Shown here: piece after piece, positions 29,205-38,280 of the stretch
How positions within the stretch are numbered: position 1 is the stretch's first letter
Layout: every line of letters starts with the position of its first letter
Origin: a virus
Lineage: Duplodnaviria > Caudoviricetes
Reading direction: 5' to 3' (one strand)
IMG/VR virus record: IMGVR_UViG_3300046779_001841
Span: 1-64,000 of that record
Length of the DNA stretch: 64,000 nt
Position numbers and translations under genes: made by a program
The notes under the pieces: generated by a model
Told to the model about the DNA's origin: nothing
The model's database searches: none
The model's input: the letters and a program-made list of their open reading frames with translations, nothing else

Positions 29205-29528
29205 ATGGATGAAAATGAAGATAAACAAGAATTAGATTTTGATGATCATTCTGAAATTGAATATGATGAACATATCGAAAATGTAGTTGGACACATGGAT
29301 TTTTATCAAGACATTATAATGATCTTAAAAAAAGATGGTACTAATATTGTTATTCCTTCTTTTGATGATAAGATTTCTAAAGACCAACATGATTATATGG
29401 AAAAAATCTTTGTGATTAACGATCCATCTATATTTCTAAGACTTTTTATGTGGATTGAATTGCTTTTAAAATATCTTGTTTTATATATAAGAGAACAAAT
29501 TGATAAATACAATCAAGATGAAACTTAA
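29205..29528 (+). CDS. Hypothetical protein
   Basis: 107-aa acidic ORF with AAAGG upstream. Confidence 0.65.
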   Translation: MDENEDKQELDFDDHSEIEYDEHIENVVGHMDFYQDIIMILKKDGTNIVIPSFDDKISKDQHDYMEKIFVINDPSIFLRLFMWIELLLKYLVLYIREQIDKYNQDET

Positions 29529-29965
29529 CCATGACATCTTTCAATTTCATAGACAAACCAATCTACAAGTTTATCATAATCAATAACTTGATCTTCTTTT
29601 AAATAATCATCAAGTTTTGGATGTAGTGAATCAATACAAATCCAATTTTCAAGATCTTCTTCATTCAAACAAGATTTAAAGCCAACAAAATATTCTACTT
29701 CATCATGGTCCCATATATCTATTTCAAAAGCATAGCTACCATTTTTATTTGAAGCAACAAATTTAATTTTTTGTTGTGTTGCAACAAATCTAAAATCTTT
29801 TAAGTTTCTTTGTTGAAGAAGAGAACCAATATATTCATAAAAATTGAGATCAAAGTTTTGCATTTTTGCATCCTTTTTGAAAAAGTCATTATTGACATAT
29901 AGATAACACTTATCATAATGCAGTCTTTGCAACCAATCTTTAAAAAGTTTTAAAGTATTTATCAT
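29525..29965 (-). CDS. Hypothetical protein
   Basis: The ORF extends to 30013. ATG 29965 (MINTLK) preferred. Confidence 0.6.
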   Translation of the reverse strand: MINTLKLFKDWLQRLHYDKCYLYVNNDFFKKDAKMQNFDLNFYEYIGSLLQQRNLKDFRFVATQQKIKFVASNKNGSYAFEIDIWDHDEVEYFVGFKSCLNEEDLENWICIDSLHPKLDDYLKEDQVIDYDKLVDWFVYEIERCHG

Positions 29966-30013
29966 TTCTCTTTTAATATACTTTACATTCTTTTTTAAAA
30001 AGAGAGATTTCAC

Positions 30014-30328
30014 ATGAAAACTTTACTTCTTGTTATGCTTCTTCTCACTGCTTGTAGTGGTGATGAAAAGAAAGATACTCAAACTCAATCTGATTCTTCT
30101 TTAATTGATATGATGGTAATTGATATGTCTATTACTGCCAGTGATTTAGAAGTACATTCCACTATGGATTTAGAAGTCCAAAGTGACTTGATGATTGATA
30201 TGGAAACACCTGTTGTTGATATGGAAACACCTATGGTTGATATGTCAGTCTTAGATATGTCTAGTTCGGATATGGCATCTGCATCCGATATGAGTGTTGT
30301 TGATATGACAAACACCACGGATATGTAA
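30014..30328 (+). CDS. Putative lipoprotein with Asp-Met repeat tail
   Basis: Signal peptide MKTLLLVMLL plus lipobox LTAC (Cys14), and ten DM dipeptides in the C-terminal 75 aa. Confidence 0.75.
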   Translation: MKTLLLVMLLLTACSGDEKKDTQTQSDSSLIDMMVIDMSITASDLEVHSTMDLEVQSDLMIDMETPVVDMETPMVDMSVLDMSSSDMASASDMSVVDMTNTTDM

Positions 30329-30559
30329 ATGTTGGATCATCCTAATAATAAAGATTATGTTCTTAATGCTGTTAAACAAGATGGTATGCTCCTACAATAT
30401 GCTAACGATCTTTTAAAAGATGATTTTGAAATCGTATATGAAGCAGTCAATCAAAATGTTTTTTCTTATGAATATGCCAGTCTAAGACTTCAATCTGATA
30501 TTGTAATCAAAATGTTTGCATTAAATAAAATTTTCTTAAGTAAGTATCACAATCTTTAA
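30329..30559 (+). CDS. DUF4116-like repeat protein
   Basis: KDYVLNAVKQDGMLLQYANDLLKDDFEIVYEAV. Confidence 0.7.
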   Translation: MLDHPNNKDYVLNAVKQDGMLLQYANDLLKDDFEIVYEAVNQNVFSYEYASLRLQSDIVIKMFALNKIFLSKYHNL

Positions 30560-30593
30560 TATAATATAGACATTCTTTCCCTTTAACAGGATT

Positions 30594-31109
30594 TTGTCTA
30601 TGACATACATTTATTTTAATCTATCTTTTGAAAAAGATGGTATTCGCTATCATTACTATTTCAAACCAACAGACTATTTATCTGATGGTGAACTTAAACC
30701 AGAAATCTTAAGAGATGTTTGTTCGCATTTACAAAAGTTTTCTGATTTTATTCCAGATGAAAGTATCTTTGCTCAACCACATAAAGAAGAAGTCTTATCT
30801 CCATTTTTTGAAAATTTTAATCTTAGTATTGGTTTTGGTCTTTGTTTCTCTTTTGAATGTTTTGAAGAAGAAGGTGAAAGACCAAGATTTATTCAATATA
30901 CTATTGACCCACAAGAAGAAGCAGATAGACGAGCATTAATGCAAGAGTTTATTGCAGATCATGCCAATGATCATTTAGATGAATATTCTTCTTATTCTTA
31001 TGAAGATGATGAAGAAGAGCATGAGATTGATCCAGATTTTAAAGCACTGCACCATAAAGCATTTGAAGAATATACCGAACATGATTATGAAGATGATGAT
31101 GAAGAATAA
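30594..31109 (+). CDS. Hypothetical protein with acidic tail
   Basis: 171-aa ORF, D/E-rich C-terminus. ATG 30600 possible. Confidence 0.7.
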   Translation: MSMTYIYFNLSFEKDGIRYHYYFKPTDYLSDGELKPEILRDVCSHLQKFSDFIPDESIFAQPHKEEVLSPFFENFNLSIGFGLCFSFECFEEEGERPRFIQYTIDPQEEADRRALMQEFIADHANDHLDEYSSYSYEDDEEEHEIDPDFKALHHKAFEEYTEHDYEDDDEE

Positions 31110-32237
31110 TTAAAACAAGCTATCCTGTTTCAATCGTTTCTTATATTTCTTTCCTTTCTTGGTGCTTCCTTTAAGCCAGCCATCAGATAAATAAGTTTCT
31201 AGTTCTTCTTTCTTTACCATTTTAAAAATATCATTTTTAGTAATAGATATAAGACCTTTAAGATTATTGCCTTTAATCCATCCTTCAAATAAATATTGAT
31301 CTAGTTCTTCTTTCTTTACTCTTTTAAAGACACCATCTTTAGATATAAAGATAAGACCTTTACTCGTGCCTCCTTTAATCCAACCTTGAGATAAATAAGT
31401 TTCTAGTTCTTCTTTCTTTACCATTTTAAAAGCACCATCTTTAGAGATCCAAATAAGACCTTTACTATGGTTGGTTTGAACCCAACCTTGAGATAAATAA
31501 GTTTCTAGTTCTTCTTTCTTTACCCTTTTAAAAGCACCGTCTTTAGTAATAGAGATAAGACTTTTACTATGGTTGGTTTGAACCCAGCCATTAGATAAAT
31601 AAGTTTCTAATTCTTCTTTTTTTACCATTTTAAAAGCACCATCTTTAGAGATCCAAATAAGACCTTTAAGATAATTGCCTAAAATCCAACCTTGAGATAA
31701 ATAAGAATCTAGTTCTTCTTTTTTTATCATTTTAAAAATATCATCTTTAGTAATAGAGATAAGACCTTTAAGATAATTGCCTAAAATCCAACCTTGAGAT
31801 AAATAAGTTTCTAGTTCTTCTTTCTTTACTAGTTTAAAAGCATCATCTTTAGTAATAGAAATAAGTCCTTCTACAGAAGAAGAACCAGAACCAAGATTTT
31901 TATTTGCCCACTGATCTTTAAAAAAATCTTTTAAGTATTTGTTTAATCCAATCTCACTCGCACATAACCCTTCTTTGTTTTTACAATATCCCACAACATG
32001 AAACTTATATTCAGATAAGTTTTTCTTAATGGTTTCTTTTTTAAAGAATGGATTGGACGAATTGCCATAGTAATCATTAGCTTGACTTAATGATGTTGCA
32101 GTCTTTTGACCAGAATATCCTAAATGGAAAGAACCATCTGCATTATGGTGAGTAATGACATAAAGAAATCTAACTTTATGATCATCACTAAAATCTAGCA
32201 TTTGTTGAAAATCTTGTTTGGAAATATTAAAAGACAT
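31110..32237 (-). CDS. GIY-YIG (Seg-like) endonuclease-like protein with seven 34-aa repeats
   Basis: FLYVI...GYSGQ, DYYGNS, and conserved Glu in ASEIG. Repeats KGLIxIxKDxxFKxVKKEELxxYLSxGW at 31158-31871. ATG 32237 is 9 nt after AAGGA. Confidence 0.7.
   Translation of the reverse strand: MSFNISKQDFQQMLDFSDDHKVRFLYVITHHNADGSFHLGYSGQKTATSLSQANDYYGNSSNPFFKKETIKKNLSEYKFHVVGYCKNKEGLCASEIGLNKYLKDFFKDQWANKNLGSGSSSVEGLISITKDDAFKLVKKEELETYLSQGWILGNYLKGLISITKDDIFKMIKKEELDSYLSQGWILGNYLKGLIWISKDGAFKMVKKEELETYLSNGWVQTNHSKSLISITKDGAFKRVKKEELETYLSQGWVQTNHSKGLIWISKDGAFKMVKKEELETYLSQGWIKGGTSKGLIFISKDGVFKRVKKEELDQYLFEGWIKGNNLKGLISITKNDIFKMVKKEELETYLSDGWLKGSTKKGKKYKKRLKQDSLF
31158..31871 (-). repeat. 7 x 102-bp coding tandem repeat
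   Basis: Exact 34-aa periodicity: 125 + 7x34 + 15 = 378 aa in the ORF track. Confidence 0.95.
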
Positions 32238-32274
32238 AAAGGTCAATCCTTGAGATGAGATTTATAAAAACTAT

Positions 32275-32283
32275 CTTATATTA
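32275..32283 (-). promoter_or_regulatory. Class-M motif TAATATAAG
   Basis: 37 nt upstream of ATG 32237. Confidence 0.55.
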
Positions 32284-32316
32284 TTTTTGTTCTACCATAT
32301 ATTAAAATAAGCAACA

Positions 32317-33222
32317 CTATTGCAATCGTTTCTTGTATTTCTTTCCTTTGTTATTACCACCTTTAATCCAGCCTTCAGATAAATAAGTTTCTAATTCTTC
32401 TTTCTTTATTTTTTTAAAAGCACCGTCTTTAGTAATAGAGATAAGACTTTTAGCATTACTGCCTTTAATCCAGCCATCAGATAAATAAGTTTCTAGTTCT
32501 TCTTTTCTTACTCTTTTTTCAATATCATTTTTAGTGATAGAGATAAGACCTTTACTGTGATTGCTTTGAAACCATCCTTGAGATAAATAAGTATCTAGTT
32601 CTTCTTTCTTTATCATTTTAAATTCATCATCTTTAGAGATCCAAATAAGACCTTTACTGTGAGTACCTAAAATCCATCCATTAGATAAATAAGTATCTAG
32701 TTCTTCTTTCTTTATTTTTTTAAAAATATCTTCTTTAGAGATCCAAATAAGACCTTTATTATGATTTCCCAAAATCCATCCTTGAGATAAATATTGATCT
32801 AGTTCATCATTCTTCACTCTTTTAAAAGCATCATCTTTATTAATACAAATAAGACCTTCTGGAGAAGAACCAGCACCAAGATTTTTATTTGTCCATTGAT
32901 CTTTAAAAAAATCTTTTAAGTATTTGTTTAATGCAAGTTCACTTGCACATAACTCTTCTTTGTTTTTGCAATATCCTACAATACACATCTTGTATTCAGA
33001 TAAGTTTTTCTTAATGGTTTCTTTTTTGAAAAAAGGATTGGTCGAATTGCCATAGTAGTCATTTGCTTGACTTAATGAAGATGCAGTTTTTTGACCAGAA
33101 TAACCTAAATGGAAAGAACCATCTGGATTATGATGAGTGATGATATAAAGAAATCTAACTTTACAATCTTCGCTGAAATTTAGCATTTGTTGGAAATCTT
33201 GTTTGGAAATATTGAAAGACAT
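32317..33222 (-). CDS. GIY-YIG (Seg-like) endonuclease-like paralog with five 34-aa repeats
   Basis: N-terminal domain highly similar to 31110-32237, repeats at 32350-32859. Confidence 0.7.
   Translation of the reverse strand: MSFNISKQDFQQMLNFSEDCKVRFLYIITHHNPDGSFHLGYSGQKTASSLSQANDYYGNSTNPFFKKETIKKNLSEYKMCIVGYCKNKEELCASELALNKYLKDFFKDQWTNKNLGAGSSPEGLICINKDDAFKRVKNDELDQYLSQGWILGNHNKGLIWISKEDIFKKIKKEELDTYLSNGWILGTHSKGLIWISKDDEFKMIKKEELDTYLSQGWFQSNHSKGLISITKNDIEKRVRKEELETYLSDGWIKGSNAKSLISITKDGAFKKIKKEELETYLSEGWIKGGNNKGKKYKKRLQ
32350..32859 (-). repeat. 5 x 102-bp coding tandem repeat
   Basis: 124 + 5x34 + 10 = 304 aa in the ORF track. Confidence 0.95.
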
Positions 33223-33257
33223 AAAGGTCAATCCTTGAGATAAGATCTAAAATCTAT

Positions 33258-33266
33258 CTTATATTA
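33258..33266 (-). promoter_or_regulatory. Class-M motif TAATATAAG
   Basis: 35 nt upstream of ATG 33222. Confidence 0.55.
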
Positions 33267-33489
33267 TTTACAAGGATTATTTTCTTTATCTTTATCAGTT
33301 TTAATTAGTTTTAAGTCTTTATCATAGATACCAGTGTTAATAAGAACTCTTTTAAATCTTTCTTTATCAGCAACAACAATCTTGATGCTTTCTAAGATGA
33401 TTTCACAATCAGTTTTTTTATTATTCATAGTGAAAATCCTTTTCATATATTATAATACTCTTTGTCTATAGTCATTATGGAGTATAATA

Positions 33490-34578
33490 ATGAATGAACA
33501 AGAAATAGCAAAAGAAATCGCTAAAAAATATGGTTTGAAATTCTTATCTGAAAGTTATAGAGATAACAAAGAAGTAATAATAGAAGCCTTAATGCAAGAT
33601 GCTAGTGATTTTGCATATCTTAGAAAAGACTTGAAAGATGATTGGGAGATCTTACTCACTGCATTAAGATCATCTAATGATCGAAATAAAAAATCTTTCT
33701 TCTCTATTGGAGAACATAGTAGAGATGAAAGATTTTTTAAAAATTTATATGTTCTAAGCTATTTAGAACATAATTCTAAATATTTAGATGCAGATTCAAT
33801 AACAAAATTCTGTTGTACAGAATCTCTTTTGGAAGTCTTTTTACATTTACCACGATGTGTAATAGATACTTTAAAATATGAAAAAGCTATTTTTGATAAT
33901 CCCTTGATGAAAATCCGATACTCTAAGACAAGAGAAGATGTTCTTAAACTTAAAAATAAAATTTGGTGTGATAGATTTAAAGAAAGAAGATATTGGAGAG
34001 AAAATTATCAAGAATATATGTCACCAGATATAGAAACATATTGTTCTATCTTTAGTGATGATAGAGATGTTGCTGAAGTTTTGGTTCTAGGTGCAGGTAG
34101 CTGGATAAGTCATTTCTCAAGTGAAATATCAAGTGATCCTGAAATTTATGCTTTAGCTTCTTATGAATATGAAGATTTAATACATAAAATAGATGTTGAA
34201 GATCGTGGAAGGATATATCAAACTGAAAATTGGAGATTCTTTAATAATAAAGAAATATACCTGAAGAACCTAGATCAATGGTTAAAAATAGAATTTTCAT
34301 CAAAAGATTTATATCTAATACAATCTAAAAATATAGGTAGTATTAAAATAGGTATTGCACAAGATTGTAATGCTAGACTTAAACAATTACAAACAGCCAA
34401 TCCTTATGAACTAAAATTAGTTCATGTTTTTAAAGGTATGGGGAACTTAGAAAAATACTTGCATAAAGAATTAGATGCCTTCAAATTACAAGGAGAGTGG
34501 TTTTCTTTTGATTGTAAAGAACATTTACCCAAAGTTTTATTAAATTTAATACCAGAAAATCAATGGTGTATTCTTTAA
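33490..34578 (+). CDS. DUF4116-like repeats fused to a T5orf172/MUG113-type GIY-YIG domain
   Basis: DNKEVIIEALMQD...DDWEILLTAL at the N-terminus, and LYLIQ...IKIG...RLKQLQTANP...LEKYLH...LQGEWF at the C-terminus. Confidence 0.8.
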   Translation: MNEQEIAKEIAKKYGLKFLSESYRDNKEVIIEALMQDASDFAYLRKDLKDDWEILLTALRSSNDRNKKSFFSIGEHSRDERFFKNLYVLSYLEHNSKYLDADSITKFCCTESLLEVFLHLPRCVIDTLKYEKAIFDNPLMKIRYSKTREDVLKLKNKIWCDRFKERRYWRENYQEYMSPDIETYCSIFSDDRDVAEVLVLGAGSWISHFSSEISSDPEIYALASYEYEDLIHKIDVEDRGRIYQTENWRFFNNKEIYLKNLDQWLKIEFSSKDLYLIQSKNIGSIKIGIAQDCNARLKQLQTANPYELKLVHVFKGMGNLEKYLHKELDAFKLQGEWFSFDCKEHLPKVLLNLIPENQWCIL

Positions 34579-35588
34579 AATAAAGAATACATTTGCCTTT
34601 TTTCACAAAAAAAAAGATCTTTCACTTTATCTTCTAAAAGACTTTGACATCCTATTATATAACCATTCTCTAAATGTTTTATTAGAGTTTTATGTTGTCT
34701 TTCTATATCAAGATCCTTTCTATTTAAGATTAGTAATTTAACATCTTTATTGATTGGATGTTTTAATGTTATGGTTCTAGCTTTTAATTTCCAACATAAA
34801 TATAATTTTTCAAGCATATTGTCTTTATGCACCAAAATAGTATTACCAGCTAAATCTATCATAGGCTTATTTGATTTTCCTAATATCACTGAATTTCTTA
34901 GTTTTTCTTTTACTTCAAGTCTAGCTAAAGATTTTCTTGATGCTTGTCTTTGTCTTTCTTTTACTTCAGATGTAGCTAATGCTTCTTTCATTCTTTTCTT
35001 TTTTAATTCTCTATGTTCAATATTTTCCCAACTTTTTTTAGTAGCATTTGATCTTTTTAACTTATGTTCTTCTGTGGCAAAAGCCTTTTTTTGACTTAAA
35101 GTTTTTTTCTTTTTAGTTTCTTCACTTTGTTTAAAACCACTCATGCCACCTTTTCCACCTACCTTAATATTATAACAAATCTTAAGACCCTTAACAACAC
35201 AACCATATTGTTGAATAAAGTTAATATCTAAAAGAGTAGCTTCTTCTTGATATGCAGATACCGAATCTTTAAAGAATTTTAAGATAAACTTTTTGAAATT
35301 CTTTTTTCCATATTTCTCAATAGCTAAATTAAAAGGGCAAATGTCTTTTCTATTCCTATTACCACTGCCTATATAAGAATTGACATTATTAACATGGGTG
35401 TGTTTACCTATATAGAACTTCTTAGTGATTAAGTTTTGTGTTAAGTAAATATAATGGTATCTACCATCATCACCTTTTTTAGGTTTAAGATTTTCTACAT
35501 CATACTTAGTAAAAATCTCATTTACTATTTGATTTGCTTTTTCTTCTTGACCATCAATAGAAATAGATGTATCTTGAGCATAACTCAT
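34575..35588 (-). CDS. Free-standing GIY-YIG (Seg-type) homing endonuclease with NUMOD3-like motif
   Basis: YIYLTQNLITKKFYIGKH, YIGSG, YNIKVGGKGG and QSEETKKK. Confidence 0.85.
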   Translation of the reverse strand: MSYAQDTSISIDGQEEKANQIVNEIFTKYDVENLKPKKGDDGRYHYIYLTQNLITKKFYIGKHTHVNNVNSYIGSGNRNRKDICPFNLAIEKYGKKNFKKFILKFFKDSVSAYQEEATLLDINFIQQYGCVVKGLKICYNIKVGGKGGMSGFKQSEETKKKKTLSQKKAFATEEHKLKRSNATKKSWENIEHRELKKKRMKEALATSEVKERQRQASRKSLARLEVKEKLRNSVILGKSNKPMIDLAGNTILVHKDNMLEKLYLCWKLKARTITLKHPINKDVKLLILNRKDLDIERQHKTLIKHLENGYIIGCQSLLEDKVKDLFFCEKRQMYSLF

Positions 35589-35689
35589 ATAGACCTCGCT
35601 TTGTTTTTAAGGTTTATTTGGGATGTGCCTATATAGGTTCTCGCAAAACTTATTTAGGCTTCTTTTAATTCTTATACTCTAATAAAAAT

Positions 35690-35704
35690 TATAAAACAAT
35701 TATT
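35690..35704 (-). promoter_or_regulatory. Class-L motif AATAA-N4-TTTATA
   Basis: AATAATTGTTTTATA, 101 nt upstream of 35588. Confidence 0.4.
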
Positions 35705-35707
35705 AAA

Positions 35708-36166
35708 CTAACCATTCCATCTAGCACGACCAGTTGGAAATCCTTCGACTTTAATTGCTGTCCTCGAATCATAGTGAACCCAACCTTCCTCTGGAGTGGA
35801 TCTTGGATAAATTCCCAATCCGCCTTCAGTCATTTTACCTTCTTTAATTAACTTCTCAATTAAAGAAGCAACATCTTCAGGTTTCATACCTTTGACTTTA
35901 ATATCGGCCGCACCTGCTGTTTGGTGAATGGATTTCTCAGCACCACCCACTGCTTTATTTCTATCAGGACTTCTATATCCACTCATGATGGTGATAGGTT
36001 TGCCACAAGCATCTCTTAATACTTGAAGATTTTTCAATAGCTTTTCAGCATTTGGTAATAATTCAGCAGGAATACGGTCATAGTATTCACATTCTGCATA
36101 GGAGAAATTGGTGACACCAGCTGGTTTACCTGGTGTCTTTTCATTAGCAGTCAATAACTTTGCCAT
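35708..36166 (-). CDS. Peptidase M15A family (cell-wall peptidase, endolysin-like)
   Basis: LQVLRDACGKPITIMSGYRS, SIHQTAGAADI and WVHYDSR zinc ligands. Confidence 0.9.
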   Translation of the reverse strand: MAKLLTANEKTPGKPAGVTNFSYAECEYYDRIPAELLPNAEKLLKNLQVLRDACGKPITIMSGYRSPDRNKAVGGAEKSIHQTAGAADIKVKGMKPEDVASLIEKLIKEGKMTEGGLGIYPRSTPEEGWVHYDSRTAIKVEGFPTGRARWNG

Positions 36167-36171
36167 GATGC

Positions 36172-36423
36172 TTATCCTTTCATAGATCTTTGAATGAGAT
36201 TACATTTCTTTTCTAAGTTCTTTGCCATTTCATATATATCATAGAGATCAGAATCTATTTGTTTCTTCAAAGAACGAATTGATGAATTTTCTACCAATTC
36301 TGTTTTGAGTTCTTTATCTCTTTCAATAATATTAGAACCTTGTTCTACCATAGCTTGAATTTTTTCTGCCATATCGGAAACTTTGGCATAGGTGTCCATT
36401 GGACTTGCAAATCGTCTAAACAT
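36172..36423 (-). CDS. Small helical protein (MFRRFAS...)
   Basis: Class-L motif upstream, N-terminal RFAS motif. Confidence 0.7.
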   Translation of the reverse strand: MFRRFASPMDTYAKVSDMAEKIQAMVEQGSNIIERDKELKTELVENSSIRSLKKQIDSDLYDIYEMAKNLEKKCNLIQRSMKG

Positions 36424-36464
36424 TTTTATATCTCTTTGTTAGATTTTATTAAAACATAGTAAAA

Positions 36465-36479
36465 TATAAATGGATTATT
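36465..36479 (-). promoter_or_regulatory. Class-L motif AATAA-N4-TTTATA
   Basis: AATAATCCATTTATA, 41 nt upstream of 36423. Confidence 0.5.
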
Positions 36480-36493
36480 AAAGAGAACAGAAC

Positions 36494-37807
36494 ATGATGA
36501 AAAATTTAGATAAAGACATTAAAGAAATCGCAACACTACTCGCAATATCTCATGGTTCAAACCATAAAAATATTGCTCTTTATAGAAACGATGAGATTTT
36601 TCTAAATCCATCTGCAAAGAGTACGATACTCGCTTGGAAATCTAATCCTATTCTTCAATATTTTCTTTTTCAAACTTGTGGTGAAGGTGATGGTTCAAAA
36701 ACTGCAGTCTTTATTTTAGCTAGTCTTATCCTATCTTATATCAAATGTCCTTTTGATAATTTGCCAGTGCATGACATAGATTTACCTGCAACATATCCAA
36801 ACAAAGATGATCTGAAAGTAATGACTAAAGAAGTGTTGAATGATGAATTGCCAGAAATCGTATATGACTTTTTACTTGGTGATAGTAATGCACATATCTC
36901 AATAGAAATAGGTGAGAATACAAGTTTTGAAGTTCTACATAGTGAAGCATTTATAACAAAGACTACATATAGTGGATATACAGAAGATAAGAATGTTAAA
37001 GGTGCAATGTTGGCTTTCTTTACTTATCCACTTTTAACAATAGATGATGTTAAAGATTGTTTAGAAAATCAAATTGAAGGACGACCTGTTATCATCATTG
37101 CACCTATAATATTAGGTGAAGCATTAAAGACAATAAATCTAAATCGCAACAAAGGTATTATTGAATGTTATGCAGTCGAGTGTCCAAAAATATTTGATCA
37201 AGGTGCATGGCTTGAAGATTTGGCATCTTTCACTGGTGGGAAAATTGTAACAAGACTAAAGAAATTTGATTACCAAGAAGATTTTGGATCTGCATTAGAA
37301 ATTTGTTTTAAAGAAAAAGAAATGCTTGTTGAACAATATGAAGATCATTTAGAGAATACAGTGAAAAGAATAGAGCAACTACAATATGAATTATCGCAAG
37401 AGAAAATCTTTTATAAAGCAGAGCAACTTCAACAAAGAATAAGTAATCTACAAGGCAGTTTATTAAGATTAAAGGTAGGTGGAATAACACAACTTGAAGC
37501 AAAACATAGGAGATCAATTTGTGAAAAGTTAATCATTTCATTAGTGCAGTCAGTAAGGTCTGGCATTTTACCAGATGGTTTGATTTTAAGTTTGGCAAGA
37601 ATAGAAACAGAAAATGAGATATTGAATAAAGCATTGAGATCGAGTTTAGAGATTGTGAAAAAGAATAGCAATATGAAAGTAGATGAAAGTAAATTGAAAA
37701 TACCATTTCCAAAAAGTAGAGCAATCGAAATAATCAATAATGCAGTTTCTATAGCTACTCTTTTAACAAGTGTAGAAAGAGTAGTGAATGGAAAGACTAA
37801 GATTTAA
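36494..37807 (+). CDS. groEL: Divergent GroEL-like chaperonin
   Basis: GDGSKTA (cf. GDGTTTA), RPVIIIAP..GEAL, LEDLASFTGG, LQQRISNL...LKVGGIT and NAVSIATLLTSVE. Confidence 0.8.
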   Translation: MMKNLDKDIKEIATLLAISHGSNHKNIALYRNDEIFLNPSAKSTILAWKSNPILQYFLFQTCGEGDGSKTAVFILASLILSYIKCPFDNLPVHDIDLPATYPNKDDLKVMTKEVLNDELPEIVYDFLLGDSNAHISIEIGENTSFEVLHSEAFITKTTYSGYTEDKNVKGAMLAFFTYPLLTIDDVKDCLENQIEGRPVIIIAPIILGEALKTINLNRNKGIIECYAVECPKIFDQGAWLEDLASFTGGKIVTRLKKFDYQEDFGSALEICFKEKEMLVEQYEDHLENTVKRIEQLQYELSQEKIFYKAEQLQQRISNLQGSLLRLKVGGITQLEAKHRRSICEKLIISLVQSVRSGILPDGLILSLARIETENEILNKALRSSLEIVKKNSNMKVDESKLKIPFPKSRAIEIINNAVSIATLLTSVERVVNGKTKI

Positions 37808-38204
37808 GTTTTTTCAATTCTTCATTGAAATCTAAGATATTGGTGTTTTCTGTTACACTATCAAAAAGATCACCAAGTTTCTTTGCAAAATCTCTAAGTT
37901 TGATAGGAAACTCATTTTCCCAATACATGAAGTTATCTATGTTATCACATTCTAACACACCATAGATACTATGGTAGGGAATAAAAACATCTTTGATCCT
38001 ACCACCAAAACTTAATTTGGTTTGAATGCCATCATCAGTAAAGAAGATAGGATTAGGATATTTATTGCTTAATGTAATTCTAACAACATCTTTATGTTGC
38101 AAATGTGTTGGAAGGATAACACCATCTTGAGTACCATCAATAAGTACAAGAATTTTGCCAAAAGACAAGAAAGATTGGATTGTTGTTTGTTTTGTGTTTT
38201 GCAT
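37797..38204 (-). CDS. sspB: SspB-like ClpXP adaptor
   Basis: VLIDGTQDGVILPTHL, ITLS, FTDDGIQTKLSFGG and FIPYHSIYGV. Confidence 0.75.
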   Translation of the reverse strand: MQNTKQTTIQSFLSFGKILVLIDGTQDGVILPTHLQHKDVVRITLSNKYPNPIFFTDDGIQTKLSFGGRIKDVFIPYHSIYGVLECDNIDNFMYWENEFPIKLRDFAKKLGDLFDSVTENTNILDFNEELKKLKS

Positions 38205-38248
38205 TTGGTTTTTCCTTTTTTGTTAGGTTTAGTTTTTTCTTACAATCA

Positions 38249-38280
38249 TATAACACTTGTCATCATGCTATCTTTGCAAC
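38249..38280 (-). promoter_or_regulatory. Class-E element, copy 2
   Basis: GTTGCAAAG-ATAGCATGATGACA-AGTGTTATA, upstream of the sspB-like gene. Confidence 0.8.

Noticed and set aside
32290-32330. TAG aligned with CAG in the paralog suggested TAG-to-Gln recoding (genetic code 15)
   Set aside because: Long conserved genes (nrdA, recD2, recA, the 1683-aa fibre) are uninterrupted in the standard code, and the codons after this TAG are decayed (CCLF vs DSLF). It is best explained as a simple nonsense mutation.
31158-32859. 102-bp repeats as a CRISPR array or true TALE repeats
   Set aside because: They are in-frame coding repeats without unique spacers. Despite the 34-aa length, they have no sequence resemblance to TALE repeats (LTPEQVVAIAS...).
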